Shown piece after piece: positions 37,183 through 45,755 of a stretch of DNA of 49,777 nt. The position numbers were made by a program, and so were the translations under genes. A model generated the notes under the pieces. That model was not told where the DNA came from. It made no database searches and worked only from the letters and a program-made list of their open reading frames with translations. The DNA is taken from sequence record SRR20825010_719; one strand, given 5' to 3'. Each line of letters starts with the position of its first letter. Within the stretch, counting starts at the first letter, position 1.

Positions 37183-39975
37183 CTAGTCTTTTCTTTTGTC
37201 CAAAGGAGCAGCTTCCATACCGGCACTTTGTGCAGCCTTCATTAGCTTATTCACGCCTTTAGACTTTCTAATTTTCACTGCTACTACCTTGTATTCAGGG
37301 CACTTGGCTTCTGAATCATGTATATCTGAGGTAATCAAATTCACCATAATCTCCGGGAAATGGAAAGTGGTGCTCATTACGCCTGGTTTTACTTCAGCAG
37401 TAATTCGTGCTTTAATATCCACTTTACCTCGTGCCGAAGTAACACAGACCATGTCACCATCGGCAATACCGTTGTCTGCCGCATCTTTGGCATTGATGAG
37501 TAGAACGTCTTCTTTCAGAATCTCTCCATTGCCTGTTCTGCGGGTCATTGCTCCACAGTTGTAATGCTCTAACTCTCTATTGGTAGTAATGATATAAGGG
37601 TATTCTGCGCTATGCTCTAGAATTTCTTCAGATTCCCTCCAGTCGAAGTAAGTAAATAAGCCTCGGCCTCTTTTGAAGGTATCAATATGGATGATTTCAG
37701 TACTAGAACCATCTTCTGGCACAGGCCATTGTTTACCGTTTTTGGCCAGCTCTTCCCATGTAATCCCCTTGAAGAAAGGAACGATTTGAGAGATTTCTTC
37801 CAACATCGTGTCTGGCGCATAATCCGCTTGATCGTAACCCATGCGTTGCATTACATCAACGATGATTTGACCATCGGCTTTGGTACCAGGAATTGGCTCT
37901 ACTACTTTATTCACGCGTTGTACTCTGCGTTCACCGTTGGTAAATGTCCCTGATTTCTCAAGGAAAGAAGCCCCTGGTAATACAACATCCGCCAGCATTG
38001 CGGTCTCTGTCATAAAGAGTTCTTGAACGATAAAAAGGTCAAGACTCGTTAATGCTTTTTTGACTTTACTGGTGTTGGGGTCGGTTTGCACCACATCTTC
38101 ACCAATGATCCACATCACTTTGAGGTCACCAGCAATGGCTGCATCGAACATTTCTGGGATTTTATACCCAATATGCGATGGTATTTTGTCGGTTTTGTAA
38201 AAGTCGATGTAGCGCTGATTCATCATTGGATCGGTTACATCGAGGTAACCAGCACCTTGATGTGGTTGTGCGCCCATATCTGCTGCGCCTTGAACGTTGT
38301 TTTGTCCACGCAACGGATTTACACCCACACCTCTTCGGCCAATATTTCCTGTAATCATAGCCAAGTCTGCAATTTGCTGCACGGTGAATGTGCCTTGAGA
38401 ATGTTCCGTAACTCCCAAACCATGAAATGACATCGCATTTGGAGCAGAGGCATACGTGATGGCCGCTGCTCTTACTTCTTCGCGATTTACACCAGTAATG
38501 GCTTCCATCGCATTGATGTCCAATTTCTTAATGTTCGCTACAAAGTCATTATAGCCTTCGGTGCGGTTTTCAATGAAAGTAAGGTCAGCCAAACCTTCCT
38601 CAATGATGTAATAGAGCATCATGTTGAGAAGCGCTACATTGGTTCCCGGTCTTAGCTGTAAGAAGTGATCAGCATATTTCGCCAATTCAATTTCCCGAGG
38701 ATCAATGACAATGAGCTTAGTGCCTTTCATGGCGGCTTGCTTCATTTTCGCGCCAGTTACTGGGTGTGCTGCTGTTGGATTGGCACCAATCACCATCATA
38801 CAGTCCGTGTATTTGATATCGACCACAGAGTTAGTAGCTGCACCAGTTCCGAATGAACGCTGCATGCCCAAGGCTGTAGGAGAGTGGCAGACCCTGGCAC
38901 AACAATCAATATTATTAGTGCCAACAACAGCACGAATGAACTTCTGCATCAAGTAGTTTTCCTCATTGGTACATCTGGCGGAAGAAATTCCAGCGATTGA
39001 GTCTGGGCCATGTTCTTCTCGAATGGACGTGATTCGGTCAACTATATAACCGTAGGCTTCATCCCAAGAAACATTCTCTAAAACCCCATTTTTCCTGACC
39101 ATTGGAGAACGAAGACGCTCTGGGTGATCATAGAATTTGAAGGCATAGCGCCCTTTTAGGCATGTATGGCCTTGATTTACTTCAGCATCGTAAGGCGCGG
39201 TAATGCTTAGAATTTCTCCGCTTGCCGTGGCTACATCTAAATTACAGCCTACACCACAGTAGGTACAAACCGTTCTAGTAATTTCTTCTGGTTCATTGGT
39301 TTTGGAATCAAAAACATCGCTGATAGCACCCGTTGGGCAGGCTTGAGAACAAGCACCGCAAGACACGCAATCAGATCCCATAAAACCTTCATTCATGCCC
39401 ATTACGATCTTACTATCGAAGCCTCGGCCTTCCATGGTCAATACCATTTCACCCTGTACTTCATCACACGCCCGCACACAACGGAAACAGTTGATACATG
39501 CACTCAAATCGGCCCTCATGTAAGGGTGGGAAGTGTCTGTTGCTCGGTCCAGATGGTTTCTACCTGGGGCATAACGCACTTGCTCCATTTTGATCCCGAC
39601 ATCATAGGCTACTCGCTTGAGCTCGTTGTTTTTTGGATTGTCGGTTTCAAATTTCTCTTTAGGGTAGTCTGTCAACACAAGCTCTACGATATTCTTTCGT
39701 AGGCGCTCCATTTTCTCAGTATGGGTGTAGATGTAGGAACCCTCCATTACTGGAGTATGGCAGGAAGCCTGTACACGTGTAGGGCCGTTTTGTTCTCTGC
39801 CTACCTCTACGCTGCACACTCGGCAGGAACCGAAAGGGTCTAAATTAGGCGCATCACAAAGGGTTGGGACTGGGTTCGGACCGAAATTTCTTCTTAACAA
39901 CGAAAGAATGGTTTCGCCACTTTCGAAAGGGAAAGGTTCGTTGTTGATGTAGGCGATATTTTTTGAATCACTCAT
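37183..39975 (-). CDS. fdhF: Formate dehydrogenase alpha subunit (Mo/W-bisPGD, Cys-type, FdsA/FdhF-like)
   Basis: 2Fe-2S ligands, CINCFRCVRAC and CVSCGACSQACP, CTYCGVGC, active site CARVCHS, LRGQNNVQG. Confidence 0.93.
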   Translation of the reverse strand: MSDSKNIAYINNEPFPFESGETILSLLRRNFGPNPVPTLCDAPNLDPFGSCRVCSVEVGREQNGPTRVQASCHTPVMEGSYIYTHTEKMERLRKNIVELVLTDYPKEKFETDNPKNNELKRVAYDVGIKMEQVRYAPGRNHLDRATDTSHPYMRADLSACINCFRCVRACDEVQGEMVLTMEGRGFDSKIVMGMNEGFMGSDCVSCGACSQACPTGAISDVFDSKTNEPEEITRTVCTYCGVGCNLDVATASGEILSITAPYDAEVNQGHTCLKGRYAFKFYDHPERLRSPMVRKNGVLENVSWDEAYGYIVDRITSIREEHGPDSIAGISSARCTNEENYLMQKFIRAVVGTNNIDCCARVCHSPTALGMQRSFGTGAATNSVVDIKYTDCMMVIGANPTAAHPVTGAKMKQAAMKGTKLIVIDPREIELAKYADHFLQLRPGTNVALLNMMLYYIIEEGLADLTFIENRTEGYNDFVANIKKLDINAMEAITGVNREEVRAAAITYASAPNAMSFHGLGVTEHSQGTFTVQQIADLAMITGNIGRRGVGVNPLRGQNNVQGAADMGAQPHQGAGYLDVTDPMMNQRYIDFYKTDKIPSHIGYKIPEMFDAAIAGDLKVMWIIGEDVVQTDPNTSKVKKALTSLDLFIVQELFMTETAMLADVVLPGASFLEKSGTFTNGERRVQRVNKVVEPIPGTKADGQIIVDVMQRMGYDQADYAPDTMLEEISQIVPFFKGITWEELAKNGKQWPVPEDGSSTEIIHIDTFKRGRGLFTYFDWRESEEILEHSAEYPYIITTNRELEHYNCGAMTRRTGNGEILKEDVLLINAKDAADNGIADGDMVCVTSARGKVDIKARITAEVKPGVMSTTFHFPEIMVNLITSDIHDSEAKCPEYKVVAVKIRKSKGVNKLMKAAQSAGMEAAPLDKRKD

Positions 39976-39986
39976 AGGGTTCGTGT

Positions 39987-41636
39987 TTACAGAAAATAGT
40001 TCTTTAGTTCTTCTTCAAAATATTGAAGGGCATTTTTAATGCCCAGCGGTAAACCGCCACCTAAGGCACATAGTGAGCCTATTTCTAGCGTTTCTAACAG
40101 ATCATCTAAGAGTTGACGATCCATTTTTTTGCCATTTCGAGCATTGGCAATCATCTCTCTTCCTCTCACTGAACCGATACTGCAAGGGAAGCATTTCCCA
40201 CAGGATTCGTCTGCTGTAAACTCGAAGAGGTGTTCTAAGTACTCGATCATCGGGAATTTTTCTGGAATAGAAACAATTCCTGCATGTCCTAATAAGAAGC
40301 CACCCTTGGCAAAGCTCTCAAAGTCAATATTTAAATCGTCAATCTTGTGAGTAGGCACAATTCCACCCAATGGGCCACCGACATGAACGGCCTTCACAGG
40401 TGCCTTGAACCCACCACCAATGTTATACGCTAAGTCTTTGAATGAATGACCCATTTCCACTTCGTACATGCCGGGCTTATTGAAGAATGAATCGAGGCAA
40501 ACGAGTTTGGTACCAGTTGATTTCTCTGTTCCCAGTTTTGCGTACTGATCGCCACCATTTCTGATGATCCATGGCACGGCAGCAAGAGTTTCTACATTAT
40601 TGACGATTGTCGGTTTATTGAAAAGTCCTTTTTGAGCAGGAAAAGGTGGTCTCACTCTTACTTCAGGCCTTTGTCCTTCTAAAGAGGAGAGGAGTGCGGT
40701 TTCTTCACCGCAGATATAAGCGCCAGCACCTTCAATGACTTTAAAGTGATAACTAAAGCCTGAGCCGCCAATGTTTGCTCCATGCATACCGATGGCTTCT
40801 AGTTCTTTCACCGCTTCGGCACAGGCTCGGACTGATTCAGGGTATTCTCCGCGGATATAGACAGCACCATGATCGGCACCCACGATATAACCAGCCGTCA
40901 TCATGCCGAAAAGCACGAGCATAGGTTGTTGCTCCAAAAGGTATCGGTCGGAATAAGCACCGGGATCACCTTCATCGGCATTGCAGACAATGAATTTCTG
41001 AGGATCGGGTTCATTTCTACAGGCATTGAGTTTGAAACTCATGGGGAAACCTGCGCCACCACGTCCACGGATATTGGAGGTTTTGATTTGCTCCAATGCC
41101 CATTCGGGGTCATTGGCTAATATTTTTGAAAACTCATCTTTGAATTGCTGAGCAGTCATGGCTTCGCCAGTCAATACACGCTCGCTAGTAGCACCAACAT
41201 TATAGTTGTCGGATAAGTCTTTGTCAGTTTTTTGAACAATGTCTTCTAATTGATCGATGGCATTGCCCGAGTAATTAGTGCCATTATAGTTGAAGGCGCT
41301 GTTTTCATGGCATCGGCCTAAACAGCACATGTGGCCCACTTCAGCGTCTTTAAAGTGCCGAGAAAGCTTGACTTTTACTCGGTCTTGAGTACCCGCTACC
41401 AGACAAGCACTTCCATTACAAACATGGACTTTAACCCCTTCATGCTCCTTTTTCAAGAAGTCATAAAAGGAAGCGGTGCCATAAGTAATGGCTTCACCCA
41501 TCAGGTACTTTTTGGCCAAAGCCTTCAGTTCTTCATTATCTGGCGCACCAGTCACTTTAGATTTCTCAACCAATTGTTCGAAGAGGTTATCTTCCAAACC
41601 TTTTCTACCGGATAATGCACTAAGATTTTCTGACAT
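39987..41636 (-). CDS. NAD-linked formate dehydrogenase diaphorase subunit (NuoE-like + NuoF-like fusion)
   Basis: CNGSAC...CLGRC (2Fe-2S), RGRGGAGF, CNADEGDPG, GAGAYICGEETAL, ESCGKCFPC...SLCALG. Confidence 0.9.
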   Translation of the reverse strand: MSENLSALSGRKGLEDNLFEQLVEKSKVTGAPDNEELKALAKKYLMGEAITYGTASFYDFLKKEHEGVKVHVCNGSACLVAGTQDRVKVKLSRHFKDAEVGHMCCLGRCHENSAFNYNGTNYSGNAIDQLEDIVQKTDKDLSDNYNVGATSERVLTGEAMTAQQFKDEFSKILANDPEWALEQIKTSNIRGRGGAGFPMSFKLNACRNEPDPQKFIVCNADEGDPGAYSDRYLLEQQPMLVLFGMMTAGYIVGADHGAVYIRGEYPESVRACAEAVKELEAIGMHGANIGGSGFSYHFKVIEGAGAYICGEETALLSSLEGQRPEVRVRPPFPAQKGLFNKPTIVNNVETLAAVPWIIRNGGDQYAKLGTEKSTGTKLVCLDSFFNKPGMYEVEMGHSFKDLAYNIGGGFKAPVKAVHVGGPLGGIVPTHKIDDLNIDFESFAKGGFLLGHAGIVSIPEKFPMIEYLEHLFEFTADESCGKCFPCSIGSVRGREMIANARNGKKMDRQLLDDLLETLEIGSLCALGGGLPLGIKNALQYFEEELKNYFL

Positions 41637-41651
41637 CTTACTTAATTACTG

Positions 41652-42014
41652 TTAATGACTTTCTTTCGGGTTTGGGAATAGATCGCTTTCATCTTCAGCT
41701 CTTTCCGTCAAACATTTAAAATCCTTCTCAACCAAAATACTCAATTTATCTCCATTTTCTAAGCTCAAATCTCCCTTGATTCCCACTTGATCTGAGGTAG
41801 CCCAGCCTTTGACTTCAGTTTCAGGGAGCGAAACGGTGATTACATTGTCGCTGAAAGTGCAACTTAGCTCAGCGGCAACGTTAATTTGATAGCTGAGGCC
41901 ATGACCATTGGGGAAGTCTAATTTGCTTAAGCAATCTAACCCTTCACCAAGCTGGTTCACTTCCGTTTGGGTGAGTCTGACTCGAATACTGTTTCCTTGA
42001 ATTCTTAGCTTCAT
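41652..42014 (-). CDS. Conserved hypothetical protein (DUF7009-like) within the FDH operon
   Basis: 120 aa; MKLRIQGNSIRVRL...LVEKDFKCL...DLFPNP; ATGA overlap with fdhD. Confidence 0.8.
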   Translation of the reverse strand: MKLRIQGNSIRVRLTQTEVNQLGEGLDCLSKLDFPNGHGLSYQINVAAELSCTFSDNVITVSLPETEVKGWATSDQVGIKGDLSLENGDKLSILVEKDFKCLTERAEDESDLFPNPKESH

Positions 42015-42853
42015 ACCATTACCCTTTCTTTTCCTGTATAAATATTGAATCGATCTGCTTTGAGAAATCCGACCAGTGTCATACCGAACTCTTCGGCTAG
42101 ATTTACGGCCAGACTTGAAGGGGCACCTACAGCTGCAATAATCTGAATACCAGCTCTTAAAGCCTTTTGGACTAGCTCAAAACTAATCCGCCCACTCAAG
42201 ACTAATATTGAATTTGAGAAGGGGAGACTTCCTTTAATTAACCCTGAACCGATGAGTTTGTCCAAGGCATTATGCCTGCCGACATCTTCATGCTGCACAA
42301 TGAGTTCGCCATGCACATCAAAGAGGCCAGCGGCATGAAGACCTCCTGTATGTTTAAATACATCTTGAGAGGCTCTCAGTCGATCGGGTAGGCTGAACAG
42401 CACTTCCTTTCCCACCTGAATGGGCGTTGAAGACAGGGCTTTGCAGCTTACCTTAATGGCATCGATGGATGCCTTTCCGCAGACGCCACAACTGGAAGTG
42501 GTGTAGAAGTTCCTTTTGAATTGCTCGTTGTCAATTTCCACGAATGGTTTTAATTCCACGCGCATCAGGTTCTCCATGCCTTCGTTTCTGCCCAAGTCTT
42601 CGCAATACTTGACACTGATGACCTCATCCATTGAATTGATGATGCCTTCGGTATAAAGAAAACCTAGGCAAAGTGTTTCATCGTTGCCAGGCGTACGCAT
42701 GGTGACCGACAAGCTGAATTGCTGACGATGATCCACAGGCCCATGTCCAAGACGGATTTCCAGTGGCTCTTCCGAAACCACCAAATCAGGTTTGGTTTCG
42801 GGAGCGTGCGGTCCGATGCGAAGAATTTCAACTGATTGAACAGGAATGGCCAT
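42011..42853 (-). CDS. fdhD: Formate dehydrogenase accessory sulfurtransferase
   Basis: EEPLEI, TMRTPG, SSCGVCG, TGGLHAA, EDVGRHNALDK, SGRISFELVQK. Confidence 0.96.
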   Translation of the reverse strand: MAIPVQSVEILRIGPHAPETKPDLVVSEEPLEIRLGHGPVDHRQQFSLSVTMRTPGNDETLCLGFLYTEGIINSMDEVISVKYCEDLGRNEGMENLMRVELKPFVEIDNEQFKRNFYTTSSCGVCGKASIDAIKVSCKALSSTPIQVGKEVLFSLPDRLRASQDVFKHTGGLHAAGLFDVHGELIVQHEDVGRHNALDKLIGSGLIKGSLPFSNSILVLSGRISFELVQKALRAGIQIIAAVGAPSSLAVNLAEEFGMTLVGFLKADRFNIYTGKERVMV

Positions 42854-42866
42854 GCTTTGATTCTTT

Positions 42867-44549
42867 TTAGGACAAGCCTGAAATTACACCATCATCATCA
42901 ATAGACATGCCTTCTGAGGCAGGAGTAGCAGGTAAGCCCGGCATCCGCATCATTTGTCCGAGAATTGGAATGATAAAGCCAGCCCCTGCCGCAAATTCAA
43001 ATTCTCTGACGCCTACATCAAAATTGGTGGGTCTGCCGCGGAGGAATTCATTATCGCTTAAAGATTTCTGCGTTTTGGCCATGCAAATTGGGAAATCGCC
43101 AAAGCCTAACTTTTCCATTTTGTTCATTTGAAGTTCAGCTTTCTTTGAGAAGTCTACTTTGTCGGCACCATAAATCTCTTTGGCGATGGTTTCAATTTTC
43201 TCTCGAATAGGGGACTTCCAGTCGTATAAAGGTTTGAAATTACTCTCATCAGCCTCGACCACTTTTACCAAAGCTTCCGCCAAGTTGGTCATTCCAGCGC
43301 CACCGTCTGCCCAGCCATCAGCTACCACGGCCTGAACGCCCATTGCTTCGCAGTGCTGCTGAATAAATTTCACTTCTTCCTCGGTGTCAGAAGGGAAGGC
43401 ATTGATGGTCACCAGCGGACTGATGCCGAACTTTTTAATGTTTTCTATGTGCTTGGCCAAGTTGGCAAAACCCTTCTCCACTCTTTCTACTGATGGCGTA
43501 TTGTATTCTTCTGGTTTAGCGCCTCCATGGTGTCTTAAGGCCCTAATCGTAGCAATGAGCACCACCGCTTTTGGTTTCAAACCGGCAGATACACATTTTA
43601 TATTCAAGAATTTCTCCGCGCCTAAATCTGCCCCGAAGCCTGCTTCTGTGACCACATAGTCAGCTAGCGAAAGGCCCATTTTAGTGCCAATGATGGTATT
43701 TGTGCCTTGTGCGATATTGGCAAAAGGCCCCCCATGTATAATGGCGGGGTTGCCTTCAAGGGTTTGCACCAAGTTGGGTTGAATGGCATCTTTGAGCAAA
43801 ATGGCCATGGCATTCTCAGCCTTCAAGTCTCTTGCAAAAACGGGCTGCTTGTCGAAGGTGTAGCCGACAAAGATACCTCCAAGTCTCTTTTTTAGGTCAG
43901 CGAAATTTTCAGACATGCACAAAATCGCCATGACTTCAGAAGCCGCAGTAATGTTGAATCCATCTTCTCTAGGAATGCCGTTGGCAGTTCCGCCCAAACC
44001 AATGGTGATTTGTCGAAGCGCCCTGTCATTCATGTCAATCACCCGTTTCCAAGCAATGGTTCTTGGGTCAATGTTCAGGTTGTTGCTACTGCTCTGAAGG
44101 TTGTTGTCAAGCAATGCCGAAAGAAGGTTGTTGGCTTTTTCAATGGCTGAAAAATCTCCCGTAAAGTGAAGGTTGATGTCCTCCATGGGAATTACTTGTG
44201 AATAACCGCCACCTGCGGCACCGCCTTTAATGCCGAATACAGGGCCTAATGAAGGTTCCCGAAGTACGACTATTGTTTTCTTTCCTATTTTATTGAGGCC
44301 TTCCGTAAGCCCAATTGACGTGGTGGTTTTTCCTTCTCCCGCGGGAGTTGGTGTCATGGCGGTCACAAGGATAAGATTACTTTTCTCGATTTTAGCTTGA
44401 TTGATAAGCCTGAGTGGAAGCTTCGCTTTGTATTTGCCATAATGCTCCAGGTCATCTTCTGAGAGGCCTATTTTGGCGGCAATTGAGTTAATATGTTTGA
44501 TGTCAGCGGCTTGGGCGATAGCAATATCGCTAAGGTGTTTTTTCTCCAT
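42867..44549 (-). CDS. fhs: Formate-tetrahydrofolate ligase
   Basis: TPAGEGKTT, LREPSLGP, KGGAAGGGY, INLHFTGD, HGGPFANIA, TEAGFGADLGAEKF, CMAKTQ. Confidence 0.97.
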   Translation of the reverse strand: MEKKHLSDIAIAQAADIKHINSIAAKIGLSEDDLEHYGKYKAKLPLRLINQAKIEKSNLILVTAMTPTPAGEGKTTTSIGLTEGLNKIGKKTIVVLREPSLGPVFGIKGGAAGGGYSQVIPMEDINLHFTGDFSAIEKANNLLSALLDNNLQSSSNNLNIDPRTIAWKRVIDMNDRALRQITIGLGGTANGIPREDGFNITAASEVMAILCMSENFADLKKRLGGIFVGYTFDKQPVFARDLKAENAMAILLKDAIQPNLVQTLEGNPAIIHGGPFANIAQGTNTIIGTKMGLSLADYVVTEAGFGADLGAEKFLNIKCVSAGLKPKAVVLIATIRALRHHGGAKPEEYNTPSVERVEKGFANLAKHIENIKKFGISPLVTINAFPSDTEEEVKFIQQHCEAMGVQAVVADGWADGGAGMTNLAEALVKVVEADESNFKPLYDWKSPIREKIETIAKEIYGADKVDFSKKAELQMNKMEKLGFGDFPICMAKTQKSLSDNEFLRGRPTNFDVGVREFEFAAGAGFIIPILGQMMRMPGLPATPASEGMSIDDDGVISGLS

Positions 44550-44599
44550 AGGTTAATTTGTCATTGTTCAAAAGTCAATGGGGATTTGGGGATTGACCT

Positions 44600-44611
44600 G
44601 CAAACGTTTGC
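44600..44611. promoter_or_regulatory. Perfect palindrome GCAAACGTTTGC, LacI/PurR-type operator upstream of fhs
   Basis: 12-bp palindrome with central CG, 50 bp upstream of the fhs ATG. Confidence 0.7.
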
Positions 44612-44734
44612 TTAATAGTATCCTAATTTAAGAATCACTATCGACTTATCAACTAATCTTTATTTTTTCGGCTTATTGAGGGGGGATTTCCAATCCTCAC
44701 GAAAATATGTTGACTGATGAAACACCCATTTATT

Positions 44735-44754
44735 CATAGCATATGTTAGCCTTC
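44735..44754 (-). mobile_element. Half attC-like site (R'' core plus putative L'') ending cassette 2
   Basis: Minus strand GAAGGCTAAC-atat-GCTATG; contains the gene's TAA stop; exact reverse complement of GTTAGCCTTC upstream of the same gene; matching distal half not found. Confidence 0.65.
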
Positions 44755-45624
44755 GTTACCTGGAATTTTCCGATAAGCTTCAACTTTTCTCAAATGCTTC
44801 GTCAGCACGTCTGTTGAAAGGTTTTTAGTTGTGATGGTCATTTTTTCACCCTCTTTTGTCATTTTCTCAATTACACAATATTCTACTTTTAAGAAGTTGT
44901 CTGCTTGGAAAGATGTTCTAATATATTCTGATGCTTCATTAAGGTCATCCAAATAAAAGTTGGAAACGAACATATCTAAATGAGTCACTATCGAGGCTAA
45001 CTTGCTTAATTCTTCTTTCAGATTAATTAAGGCACCTCTGTCAATTAGATCGCTTTTACATGGACCCCAAGAATCGTAGCTGTTAACAAGTGTTTCTGGG
45101 TCAAGTAAGAAGAGGCATGATCCGTCAGAGGATTCAGGTGATGAAGATGTTTGATCGGCATTGTACTCAATATGATATTTTGGGTATTCTCGATGTTGAG
45201 CATAGTTCCGGAGTTTTGAGAAAAAACGATATTCAAAAAATGTGTCAAAAAGTTCAGAGGTCTTTTCCTCAAAGGAATTCTTTTGAGCTGAATTCTTCCC
45301 AAACCGTCTATTCAATTGAGATGGTATATGGTCGGCATATGCTCTAAAAGAAGAAAGTAGGTTGCTTAAATGACGATTAATATTAAACGTAAGCTCATCA
45401 AATTGACTGGTTCTTGGAGTCATGTATAAAGGTGAAACATCCAAAGAAATTAGATATTCCATCAAGTCCGTAAAGTTGAAGAGAAATATCTTATGGAGAT
45501 TCTGACAATTACCGAATAGTTCTAGCTTTTCAGAGATTTCTAATAGCTTATTATATTCCTCTTGGGAAATCTCTCTCCCTGTTAAAACTTCTTTGTTAGT
45601 GACTGTTCCAAAAAATCTAGGCAT
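44746..45624 (-). CDS. HEPN-like hypothetical protein (gene cassette 2)
   Basis: 292 aa; YRFFSKLRNYAQH (RNxxxH); AT-rich; bracketed by 10-bp inverted cores. Confidence 0.7.
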   Translation of the reverse strand: MPRFFGTVTNKEVLTGREISQEEYNKLLEISEKLELFGNCQNLHKIFLFNFTDLMEYLISLDVSPLYMTPRTSQFDELTFNINRHLSNLLSSFRAYADHIPSQLNRRFGKNSAQKNSFEEKTSELFDTFFEYRFFSKLRNYAQHREYPKYHIEYNADQTSSSPESSDGSCLFLLDPETLVNSYDSWGPCKSDLIDRGALINLKEELSKLASIVTHLDMFVSNFYLDDLNEASEYIRTSFQADNFLKVEYCVIEKMTKEGEKMTITTKNLSTDVLTKHLRKVEAYRKIPGNEG

Positions 45625-45634
45625 AATGAGAGGT

Positions 45635-45753
45635 GAAGGCTAACGGCCAGCTAAAATTCGCAGGCTAGTTCTTTACTATTTAAAAGTATCTGATTCAAAT
45701 GCTCTTTGCAAATAACTTAAGTAAGTCGATTGGGCTTAGCATTTGTTACCAGC
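45635..45753 (-). mobile_element. attC-like recombination site (119 bp) between cassettes 1 and 2
   Basis: Minus strand GCTGGTAAC-aaat-GCTAAG ... TTTAGC-tggcc-GTTAGCCTTC, i.e. an R''-4nt-L'' ... L'-5nt-R' layout filling nearly the whole intergenic space. Confidence 0.75.
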
Positions 45754-45755
45754 TT

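Noticed and set aside
37183-39975. Selenocysteine-containing FDH
   Set aside because: The ORF is uninterrupted and the active-site residue is Cys (CARVCH).
44550-44734. THF or ZTP riboswitch upstream of fhs
   Set aside because: No recognisable conserved aptamer or terminator by eye; an Rfam/Infernal scan would be decisive.
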